A model generated the notes under the pieces. The model was not told the origin of the DNA and searched no databases. It saw nothing but the letters and a program-made list of their open reading frames with translations. Source: Lytechinus pictus (lineage: Eukaryota). Taken from it: a DNA stretch of 64,000 bases. The translations under genes and the position numbers were made by a program. Location: positions 18,786,001 through 18,850,000 of the forward strand of contig NC_087249.1 of assembly GCF_037042905.1 (NCBI RefSeq), in the 5' to 3' direction. Positions 12,201 through 22,446 of the stretch are shown piece after piece (the first letter of the stretch is position 1; each line of letters starts with the position of its first letter).

Positions 12201-14232
12201 TCAATAGGCCGATCAATGAAAAAAAAAAAACTTAAATCAGCCGATGAATATCATGAATTGTAAAATACTTGAATTAGCCAATAAATATTTATGGGCTAAT
12301 GCAAGTATTTTACAATTCACGATATTCATCGGCCAATTGAATTTTTTTTTTTTTTTAATTGGCACTGCTCATATCGTCGCCCTCTCTTATACGCGTCTTG
12401 TAACTAGGCTACGAACAAAGACGGAAATATGGCGTCAAGATCATCGGTGAGTATCTGCTCATCTTCTTACATGATTTTTCTTAATATTTGTATAATTATT
12501 CTTGAGAAAAAAAACGTTATGAGTGCCTAATGGGGGGAAATGAACTTCTTTTCCATTTACGAAATTGTGTGATAAGCAAGTTAAACAAATCAAGTATTTT
12601 GGAGCAACATTGTTGTCTCCAAATACTCTCCTTCGTGTGGGCCTATGCTCATGATGCTTTGCCATGCCAGGCTTCATAGGAGTAAGCCTACGTATAGTTA
12701 ATAGTAGATCATAGATGACTTTTACTCCCCAGAAGCCTCCCTGGGCCTGTTGCATGACGAGATGAGCGATACGTAAGAATGTCCTAGGACCATTCTTCCG
12801 AGATAGGAAGATTGGCGACAAATCAGCGCTTTCCATTTCACGAAGGCAATTTTGTCTTTCAAGTCCACGACATCGTTTGATATCGATAGTATCGGAAAAA
12901 TATTTAGTCTTCATCGTCACCTGAACCTTTTATTTCGGAATGACGACTTTTCATAAAATCATATATTTCAATAAAAGGGGATCAAATAATGTTTTATTTA
13001 TTACTGATTGTAGAATTGATCTATGGAGCGTACTTTATGAGGTAAAAAGATAAATTTAAAAACTTTCAAGATTCACAAACATAACTGGATAAAATCGAAA
13101 TTTTCATTATGTCCCTTATTTAGAACATGGTGACCTTTTAGAGACACCTTTCATTGATATTTCAACGAAAGAGACCCTTGTCTGACATAAAAATTGAGTT
13201 AACTAAGTAATTTCGACATTTTATTAGTTCAATATACTGATTTTTTATTGAATACATATATATAATGATGATTTTGCAAATTACGCGTTAATATATTATC
13301 TGTTGAGGTAGAAATAGGGTTTGAATGGAGTAAACAAAATCAAGTGTCTGATTGTATGAGACTAAAATGAAAAATATGAGAGGCTGCCTGGAAAAAAAAA
13401 CGCGTTTTAAAACACACCGTTTAAAACGCGCCAACCCTGCTTGCCGTAAACGCATTTTCTCTTAATGCCGACAGTGGCGGGCGGTGTGCAAAGAAGATCA
13501 TGCCTACGTAGGACATGTCTGGAGGTGTCTTTCCAAGGACCATTCTTCGTATCGCCCAAATCGGCTTCGTGAAACTTTGTGAAACAGTTGAGCGATATCT
13601 CGTTCTTACGTAGAATGGTTCTACGAAAGACCCTTTCATGCAACAGGCCCCCTGCTAAGCCCGGGCACTATTAGTATTACCTGACTTTTAGGGTGCCCGA
13701 CGGAGCTTTAACGTTAGGCGGTCAATGGCCCCCAGACCGCGCCGCCACCAATTTCGAGCCCTGCCGATGGCTGCCAGCTGTCTAAGTTTTACTAAGTATA
13801 GTCTACCATTTTTTTTTTCAATCTGAAAATGAGTGCCCGAGCATGCCGAGGTTTCATCCAACTCCAAGAAAATCCTATTTCTTTCAAATCTTTACATGCT
13901 TTATGATCAATTTGGTACACTGACTTACTCATAATAATTTAAGGAACTCTTTATTATCTGAAAGATTTTGTGAAATTAAAAGAAATTCATGTTAAATATG
14001 ACCTCAAATTGTTAGGCCTAACGAAATAACGTTAGGTCATGTAAGTAATGTGCGCAGACTTTTTGGCACCACCATTCATACAAAATTACAATTTCTTACA
14101 AAATGTCAATCTTTTCGTCTCGACTCGTCTTGATACTCACTGATTAATTACATAAAACTCACCATTTTGTGTCCTCACTGTATCTCCCGATGTCCTCTCC
14201 CCACTGACAGTCAACTGTTTTAGGGTAGACAT
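266..14232 (-). CDS. TCP1: T-complex protein 1 subunit alpha (CCT1), exons 1-9; the 3' exons lie left of the window
   Basis: Coding exons (minus): 14163-14232, 7514-7599, 5543-5671, 4948-5045, 4294-4404, 2984-3165, 2446-2572, 1281-1456, 266-389. All junctions are GT-AG and phases are consistent. Translation: [104 protein letters not shown]... It contains the chaperonin GDGTT motif and the CCT-alpha-type [14 protein letters not shown]. Confidence 0.97.
1542..1725. mobile_element. GC-rich MITE with a ~37 bp TIR
   Basis: TCGTCACCTTCCCGGACCAAGGCCATTAGCGCGCACT versus AGTGCGCGCTAACGGCCTTTGTGCGGGAAGGTGACGA. Confidence 0.7.
2222..2392. mobile_element. MITE with TAGACCTTTTGCAT TIR
   Basis: TAGACCTTTTGCATTGATGTCAT ... 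ATGACATCCTATGCAAAAGGTCTA. Confidence 0.7.
3705..4245 (-). mobile_element. L2-type LINE 3' end
   Basis: Degenerate ...YVPPHRLRS...YGQRSF....P.LW.. FKSFLKT.LF C-terminus, then a 3' UTR ending GCGCTTAATAAAT and an (ATT)n tail. Confidence 0.7.
5705..5985. repeat. Degenerate (GGT/GAT)n microsatellite
   Basis: Low-complexity trinucleotide tract that generates spurious His/Gly-rich ORFs. Confidence 0.85.
6076..6274. mobile_element. Short MITE with GGGCAATTCCATA TIR
   Basis: GGGCAATTCCATA...TATGGAATTGCCC, with an inner inverted pair TCCGACCCC / GGGGTCGGA. Confidence 0.65.
6322..6905. mobile_element. Kolobok-like MITE (AGG...CCT ends, TTAA flanks)
   Basis: TTAA at 6318-6321 and 6906-6909; long imperfect TIRs AGGACAAGTCCACCCC...GGGGTCGACTTGACCT. 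Related copies at about 28072-28561 and 52740-53343. Confidence 0.75.
7990..8578 (-). mobile_element. CR1 LINE 3' fragment inserted into module copy 1 of TCP1 intron 1
   Basis: Minus-strand RRATKL...[16 protein letters not shown]...[30 protein letters not shown] is the typical CR1 ORF2 end. The left (3' UTR) boundary is approximate. Confidence 0.85.
9875..10529. mobile_element. MITE with GGGCAAGTCCAAG TIR
   Basis: GGGCAAGTCCAAG ... CTTGGACCTGCCC; internal repeated GTCCCGTACGTCACA. Confidence 0.6.
10530..10806 (-). mobile_element. Diverged partial HINE-like copy
   Basis: Shares GTCTCGCTCTGCTATGCAGGCGAGACAAAAA, the GCC/GAC microsatellite and one repeat unit with the 41.6 kb and 61.2 kb copies. 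Confidence 0.7.
12236..12340. repeat. Near-perfect ~100 bp palindrome (fold-back element core)
   Basis: GCCGATGAATATCATGAATTGTAAAATACTTG...CAAGTATTTTACAATTCACGATATTCATCGGC. Confidence 0.75.
12743..13651. mobile_element. PIF/Harbinger-like MITE interrupting the end of module copy 4
   Basis: TIR GGGCCTGTTGCATGA / TCATGCAACAGGCCC with CTG flanks; internal direct repeat AGGACCATTCTTC. Confidence 0.7.
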
Positions 14233-14924
14233 GATATAAGCTTTATATTACCATTAATTAAACGACGAAAAAATTACTGTACTTCGGCAGTAGATCCAAC
14301 GTTACCGGGTTCGTTTCCATGCACAATTTCGATTAGATGGGATCGATCTGCTGTACAATTTCCCATAGAGAAAATTATGCTCAAGCGATCGCGAGCATGC
14401 TTCTGTATTAATAATTGGTCGTTGATGGCGGTTTATAGCACATGAGCAACGTACTATAAATGATACTGATATCAAAGAAGTGCTCTTTCAAAAGCGTATT
14501 ACTAGGTCAGCGTAAAATGGTGATTAATTTACCCTTTTTATGACTTGCCAGTCATCATCGTCATAAGATTATTTGATTAATACTATATGAGAAATATTTC
14601 AGGTGTTTTATTAACTTAATTTATGATAATTATCAAGTTAAAGCCGAGAGTGCCGAACTCATTTGAACCTCTTCAGTACTACATGGGAAACAGCTAGACT
14701 TTTGTATCTTTGAATGATCAGTCTTTGTAGACCTACTAGAATTTTCTATAATACTGTAATGATTGAGAAGAACTGTGAGTCAGTGTGAAAAGTTTTTAAA
14801 AAAATACATAAATTTGTGTTTTGAATTCAAAAGTAGGATTTTGTTACTGAGGTGGCAAGTTAATTCTTTGTTAAATCCTTAAAATATAAGAATAAATTTA
14901 TTTTTACTTGTTTATTTTACAATT

Positions 14925-15025
14925 ATGGTTATTATTTCATTATCATTATTATTGTTGTTATTATTATTATTATTATTATTATTGTTGTTGTTATTATCAT
15001 CTTCATCATTATTATCATCATCATT
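14925..15025. repeat. (TTA/TCA)n microsatellite
   Basis: Direct inspection. Confidence 0.85.
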
Positions 15026-15779
15026 TCATACACATGACACAACCTTTCTCTCTTGTATTTCTTCACACTCCCCTTAATTATTATTTTTTCTTTCTTTTTC
15101 GGTATCGCGTTGTCAATGGGGGGGGGGGTGTCTACTTCGGCCCCAACCCGGATCCACCTATGAAAACTACATTAACTCATTTAATTTCTCTCTTAAACAA
15201 GATATTGTTCCAGGTACAGGAATAATTTTATTCGGACACCAAGGGAAATAATTTAGGCGTATTAATTTCTACTTAAAAATTGTTGTGTATCTTGTTACAC
15301 AAATATTACCTTGTAGGGGGCATATAAGCAACCTTTTCCCGCAGTTGGTGAAAGAACTTATAAAAGTTAATCAGGAAATATGAGTTTGTGGCTCCCGTTA
15401 GCGTGATACACATGGATCCTGAAAGTGCTTAGAGTCATTACCGGACGGAATGTAAAAAATATTCACCACTCGCGCTATACACTCGCATGTTTTTATTTGT
15501 GATATATGTATCATATACATTAGTAACTGCAAGCATTTACAGGTCCCTTTTCAGCTAGGTCAGTATATGAAGAAAAAAAACTTTAGTAAAATACACATCT
15601 TGTTCATGAATACAAAACTCCTCAGAATGATTAATTTCGGTCTAAATTCAAGGTAATAACTTGATCAAACGTGACTCTCGATGAATTTTAAATGATTTTT
15701 GTCTTCTTTCCACTCTCAATCCCCCCCCCCCCCCCTCTGCTTTTCATTCTCTTCTACCCTTTACATGTATGTTTGTACT

Positions 15780-16628
15780 GGGTTTGTCTTGGTACCGGTG
15801 CAAGACGCAATTCATTTTTATTTACTGAATATTTACTGAATTTGTTATCCGCTTTTATTAATTGATCAAATCTTATGTTATTAAGGGAGCTGTCTTGGCA
15901 AGACCTTTATGGTTTTTTACAGCTATACCTAATTTCAATACTTTTTCTATTCAATATGTATGTACATACCATTGAACTACTTTATTTTATCTTGAATTGC
16001 ATTTTTTATCCAACAGTGTTGTTAAATGTTTTTAATATTGGAATTGAATAAAGTTGAACTGAACTGAATAATCAACAGTTTGAGCTCGCGCTTCGCGCAT
16101 GCAATTATGTAGGCATTATGATGAGATATATTATGAGCTTAGGTCTACTTAAAACTTCCATCCTCATATGCCCCTAAAAATCAATAACAAAATTATTTTT
16201 TAATAGCTGCCGATCTTGGAAAATGTGGATTGCCTAAAAATTCCGTCTGGCCACCATTTGACAAAAATTGAACCAGCCCCTGCACATATTTTGTTATCTT
16301 CATGTATTCCTTTACGTATATTTCAATATTCTTTGTATCTAACTTTTTGAGAGGTCCACATTCTACAAGCTTTGCTTTTCAGTGGACCCCTCCATTCTTC
16401 TCATGATATATAATTATATTGATATAATTATATTTAATTATATTGATTATATTGATTTAAACTTGACATGCACGTTAATTTATATTTGAATCAATTATTG
16501 AATATGTATATCATTTATTCAATGTTGAATTTTGTTCATGCTTTTATTTAAATTGAATCAATTTATCTTGTACTTATTTGTATTATGTTGGAGAATGAAA
16601 AATAAATTGAATTGAATTGAATTGAATT
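15780..16628 (+). mobile_element. Two LINE 3'-UTR remnants with (TTGAA/CTGAA)n tails
   Basis: AATAAAGTTGAACTGAACTGAA near 16047-16068 and AATAAATTGAATTGAATTGAATTGAATT near 16601-16628, each preceded by a stem-loop-like 3' UTR. Confidence 0.5.
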
Positions 16629-17956
16629 ATGCATGGAGCTAACAAACTCCAAGGTTTATGTATTCTATTTTTTAAAGTTCTCGTTAAGTGATAAAAAATA
16701 TCTTTCGTAAGGAGCTAGGTTTTCCTGCAGTCACTTTTTTATTTAACAAACATAATTTAGTTCGTAATCATCGCCAGAATATATACGGTACCACATAGCG
16801 AGTTTTACAACTTAAAATTTCCCAAGTCTTCCAAACAATCAAACAGCTATTTAAAATGGTTTTGCTCAACTTATAGGCCACTAGTATACGAAACACAAAA
16901 CTACTTCAGACACAAACTTATTTTTATCTCTTTGCACTTGGCATAGTTTGCACCCAAATGCACATTTTGACATAATAAGAAAGTACCATTTTGTGTGTCC
17001 GCAGTATAACTGACCGTGGGCAGATGGGACGTTTGGGAGAATGCCGTAAGTGATTATAGGCCTAGCCCTTTTGCATGTTTATACCTCGCCATGGAGGGTT
17101 GTTATGTACATTGTTACCAGGGTTCCGAACAAAATCATAAAGTACCAATTCAAAATTCGTTCCGACGGGCATGTACCCCCATATTTCAGTATCCATAAAA
17201 AAGGATAGGACATATTCATGGTGGCCGTAATTCAGTTGGACGATTTTGTGTGTGTGGGGGTGAGTGAGCGTGTGTGTGTGAGTGTGTGTGTCCCCCGGCC
17301 ACCATACCAACCCCTCCACCGTCCACGGCTCCCTTTCCATCACCGTGGAAGGCGCCAAAATATCTTGGCGATATATAATAGTCATTATTCATGTTATTAG
17401 TCATTATTATGGTGAACTATAAAATTTTTTTCAAATGGTTGTTTTTATTTGCTTATCAACCGATCCGTGTCTTATGGTGAATGCTCATCTCTATATAATT
17501 AATCAACCATCCATAACAACAGGGAAGAATAGTGTGACAGCAAATATTGAATAAGTTCACCAGGGGCGGCGCCAGGATGGTTTGTACAAGGAGTAAGACG
17601 ATCTATAAATGGCGTCATATTTTAACAGACGTAATCATGGTAATATATAGTTACACGGCTCAGACCTCTCATTCTTATCGGCCCCAACCATTTAAAAAGA
17701 AATTCTTCTCCTTTTCCTCCCTTTTTTCCCTAGAAAAATACAGGGGCGGTCGTCCCCATGCCTCCACCCTCACGCACGCACACAGGCACCGTGGCGCCAC
17801 GACCTCTCAATTTCACATGTTTGGATTGAGCGTAACAGACATATCATTTGGGTGAATATATCTGCCCTGCTTAGACATTGCTTTACCATCAACAGCAGAA
17901 CATCTGTGTTGATAATTGTCTCACTTGAAGAATATATATTTTTTTAATCGTCCACA

Positions 17957-20900
17957 ATGATCCGGAGCACCAATATGTCTCTGGCAATAACTATTTTCCT
18001 CATGCTCTTTGCTCATGTAACTGGGAACGATGGCACACCCGATCCTACCAAATATTGCTTACCGCATGAATACAGGTCCACTCAAGGTGAGATAAAACAT
18101 TGCCTAGCTTTATATATTTCTATGTGTTATAGTATGTTTTGTAACTAGTTCAAAGATAAGTACTTTCTATAATATTTCACATACTAAAAATGTTGATGTC
18201 CGATTGATGGAAAGTGAAATCACGTGCAGGGGCCGCGGAACGGTTTTCAAAGTGGAGGGCTGACCATGCTAAAAATCACAATCATATGGTCATTTTCACA
18301 TTATTGTACACGGTTTTGGAAAAAAGTGGGGGGCTGAAGCCCCCCCCCCCCCCCCAGCCCCCCGGTTCCGCGGCCCCTGACGTGATTGATTGGCCATCAA
18401 ACACTAAGCGATGTTCTGCTGTTAGCTGATCTCCCAGGTTATTCCACCTTTGATTAAAAAAAGTTATTACCCCGAGAATTGCAACGGACTTTATCCCTAT
18501 AGGGATGTTTCACAAAGTTTAAGTGCGACTTTATGCAATCAATTGCGAATTTAATTTGTAAATTCAAAAGTGATAGATTGGTTTTAACTAAAACAACTTG
18601 ATCCAAGAAGCACACTTGGCGTGCTTCTATAGGGCAAACTGCAAAATTGCAATTAATCAAAATACCTGTGCTTGATTGTAAATAGACCTTAGCTTACAAT
18701 CGATTGTAAGTTTCTTTGTGAAACACTACCTGGGGTAAGCCGAAGCCCAAAATGAAAGTATACTACTCGTTCTACACGGTGGACTATATTTTATCTAAAA
18801 TATAGCTAATTCCGATGAGGAATATAATTTATAAAGCAAGCTGCTGATCACTTGGATTCATCAGGGAATGTGGCGAGTATCACTTTCTCGGCGATATAAT
18901 GTATAGCTGTCACTTTTCCTCTGCTTCGCTACGAAATATATTGTTTTAATATGATAACCATCTTCATTTTGGCAAAACATCGGAATTTTCTGTGGGGGGG
19001 GTGGTGTAATAACAAGTACATCTGAGGAATGAAAAATAATAACACGTAGTCGATGTACATTCCCTACTCCCTGCGGATTATTCCTTACTCGACTTATTTG
19101 ATTTTTTTTTCCTCAGTTGGTGTTGAAGACATCATGATGGGAGGGAAGCCTGTGGGGGGCAAGCATCGTATCTTCTCTGCTGTGGACTTTGTCCATGATA
19201 AGTTCTACACCAACAAAACACTAACGACTCTCGATGCAAGTGGACAACCGAGAGTGGACGAAAGGCAAGATATCATCGACAGAGCAAATGTAGGTTCAGG
19301 GTATATTTTCTCTACGAAAGCCCACCTGACACTTTTTCGTTCTGGACCCGCCATTCGAATTGGAAATAACTAAATTATTGTGATTCATAAACAATACTAT
19401 AAAAGCGGGGAAAACATGGATTTTCTGAGTAGTAATTCTGGGACTGTGTTTCCGAAATCATGGTGATGTATTTCTAGTTTGGGAAAATGAGCATTTATCG
19501 GTTTACAGGGGTGGAGCCAGGGTACATTGATAAGAGAGGCGCGGGGCAAGAGGATCTATTTTTGCTCAATTAATGGGTAATATGCTCCAAATTAACAATG
19601 AAGGGAAGGGAAATACACACTGGACACCTTGGCAGTATATGAGCGTTCAGATTGTTAATGGACGAAAAGTATATCTATGCAGAATTTTAAGGCCTTTTGC
19701 AGTGAATTTCAAAAAATAAAGATAAAAAGAGATTATGAGACATGGAGAAGTGATTGATGTTCTTCTTAATGACTTTCGTTTTTAATTGTTCATTGTGTCC
19801 ACTGTCAGTATGTGCTGAACATGATCATACTAAATTGCTTGTTCAGTCGATCACTGTGTTTAATGTTCAGTCACTTTGTGGCGTGATTTTATTTAGATTC
19901 ACCCTAATGGTATAACAGTACCATGTATTTTATTGTAACCAACTTTATATTTTCATCAGGAAAATATATTTAAGTTTTACTTATAAATGAAAGACTCCCC
20001 CCCCCAAAAAAAAAAAATGGCGTTTATGTTTTATTCAACTACAGAATGCTCATTACGTGGTAACGAACGGAGAATGTAAGAAATACCCAGTCACTACAGT
20101 TCCAGAAAGATGTTTGAATGGTAAGTTTTAATCATAATATGTGATATCCTTGATTTTAATGTATTTTCTGAAATATTTTCTTTCATTTTCCATAAGTAGA
20201 AGGTTTTCAACAATTTATTACAATCTCTCTTAGGTTGCTGCTTATTCCCACCAAATTAGTATTAACTACTCGAGCCTATTACTACAAAAATGTTTGTCCT
20301 CAATCTGTTTTAGAGTGGATTATTATTTTTTTCAAGAATGTCCTTTGTAATGATAATCAATATAGGGCATTTCAACATTCACTTTGCAGACACTTTCTAT
20401 ACGGTAGATAATCTTTTGTCCAAAGCCCTTCATAACAAAGCAACCTTTGTCGAAAATGTGTGAATAAAAACAGCAGTGTCGTTCTGGACAAACGACATAT
20501 TAATTTTGCATTTGTTTTGCCCTGTCCGAATCTTAAGATGATGTGCTGGCCCGGTCCACCAACTTTCGACAATGGCCTCTAATCTGTCCATTGTGATTTG
20601 ACGGGCATTTTCAATAGATTCTCAACGTTGCAGAAAGCGTCTGCGAAATGGATTATAAAATAGGCTAATGTCCTTTTTTTCGAAGACAAAATGAAGTACA
20701 CAGGTACATGGGATATCACAGCATACGGGCAACTACCTGATGACGGCCTACAAGCCGTGACATTCACCGTGGACCTTGAACTGCCCGATATGGGTATGAC
20801 TGGACAACGAGTGGTGACCTTCGTTCAGGAACCAAATCCAGAATTTAAACCGGATTCTTACCATTTGCTCCGGGAAGAGATAACTATGGTGTCGAAGACA

Positions 20901-22446
20901 GGTATTGCTAGCAATGTTGCCGTTTAAGTAGATGACACAAGTGTTGTAGTCTAGGCCCAAACCCTCAAGGCCCAGGCCAAGGGTGCAGTACCCAAGGGCA
21001 AATCATGGAAACCCAAGGCAAAGGCTTGAAAATCCATGCAAGGCCAAGGTTTTTAAAGAGTGCATGGGTCTTAAGGCGCCTTAAGGCCAAGACTGAGCAT
21101 CCAGGCACTACAACACCGGATATAAAACCCTGGAAACAAGACAGTTAACTTGTGTGGGGAAGAAATAAAAGAAGCAAAATCAATGAGAGTTTGAGATAAA
21201 TTCAACAAAATAACAAGAAAAGCTATGAGCATTTGAATGTTGAGATCACTAACGATTTGAATATCTTCTCATTGGCAATGCCACCAACTTTTGTGATGTC
21301 ACAAATTCCCAATTATTTTTTTTTTTACATTATTTTACTTTACTTGAATATAATTATCACTTTTATCAAAGCTATCCACAGGCAGATTTTTCTATGAGCA
21401 ATTATGTTTTGGGGAATATTTCAGTGTACCTACTACCAAGGGGATAGTTGGACTTGCATTCCTCATACTTTTTTATAATGGTGATGGATCCTTGTCATAT
21501 GATTGGCTTAAATCCCTTCTGTCACGTGACCAGACATTTATTTAAGCTAACAGAAAAGGTTGCCAGTGACTAGTTGGCCTACTCATGATAGTTCCATTGA
21601 CCGGTGATGGTTTTGAGATGAGGATGGTGCTGCTTCGCAAGCAGGGTATAAGATCATCTGCCAGAGCCTTGACGAGAGGCTATACTTATCCGCGATTATT
21701 TCTATCCCTTGCCAGGATCGTCTGTGTTTAGCTCCTTCTTCAATGGCTACGAACCATTGGACGAACATGGAACATATTTCAATGCTCCCCAAGACTGCTC
21801 AGAAGACGATCAGGTACTGAATTCTAGTCCGTTTGTATATGTGTGCGTGTTGTTTGTTGTGTCATTGTATGACTTGCGTATGCCGGACACATTCCACTGA
21901 AAGTATTTTAATAGTTCTCAAAAAAGGGGGGGCAGCTGTGCCCCTGGTATGAAAAATCGTCCTCATCATGCAGTTTAGTTGTCAGTTAACCTTCGTTCCC
22001 AAATGGCCAAGATTGAAGTTGAAACCTCAACCATTCGTTGGAGCGAAAGATTTTCATGTATCGGCTTTTATAACCCTAATGACTTCTGTTACCTTTTGAC
22101 CTTTTAGACTTTGATGTCGTGACCCCAGCTCTATAGGCCTACAAGGTCGGATATAATATTTGGTAAAGGTTGTCACTCCTGCAACCTTTAAAATGTTGAT
22201 TTAACATCTCATTTTTAGAGTGCATCGTCGTTCATAATTGACCCGAGTCTGAAAAGTTGGTCCTTAACGATATTTCGCAATCTGACCATCAAATATCCAT
22301 CAGTGACTGAAAATGGTAACCAAATGAAGATGAATCTTTATTTTTCTCAATGACTGCTGCAGACGGATGACTCGAGAAGACAAAGACGGGCATCCGGGGA
22401 TTTCCCAGCAAGGCAGTTCTTACTGGATCAGTTCAGAGGCTTGTAA
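17957..22446 (+). CDS. Secreted ependymin-related protein (EPDR / LvN1.2-like), 258 aa, 6 exons
   Basis: Exons 17957-18086, 19117-19289, 20045-20120, 20686-20901, 21716-21813, 22363-22446 join in frame (777 nt) with GT-AG junctions. Hydrophobic signal peptide MSLAITIFLMLFAHVTG, N-terminal C-x-P-x-x-Y (YCLPHEY), central Cys pair (GECKK...ERCLN) and C-terminal F-x-x-P-x-x-C (FNAPQDC), as in ependymin-family proteins. AATAAA at 22616. The gene model is solid; the family call rests on motif recognition only. Confidence 0.78.

Larger units (their letters stand above)
7807..12745 (+). repeat. Four dispersed, co-oriented copies of an unclassified ~300-380 bp module (about 7807-8747 interrupted by CR1, 9140-9453, 11110-11439, 12368-12745)
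   Basis: Shared order: (GGCTAC)...A(A/T)GATGG-type core, GT(A/G)AG donor, GGAAATGAA..CCCAT, terminal hairpin GGCTYC...TTTTACTCYCYAGRAGC, then CTGGCTA. Confidence 0.8.

Noticed and set aside
7864-12745. Spliced micropeptide encoded by the four modules (e.g. MVMQTS+ELPG)
   Set aside because: Copies 2 and 3 have stop codons right after the ATG and the peptide is not conserved.
12459-12920. 153-aa minus-strand ORF
   Set aside because: It spans the junction of a MITE and module copy 4, has no domain features and is not preserved in the other copies.
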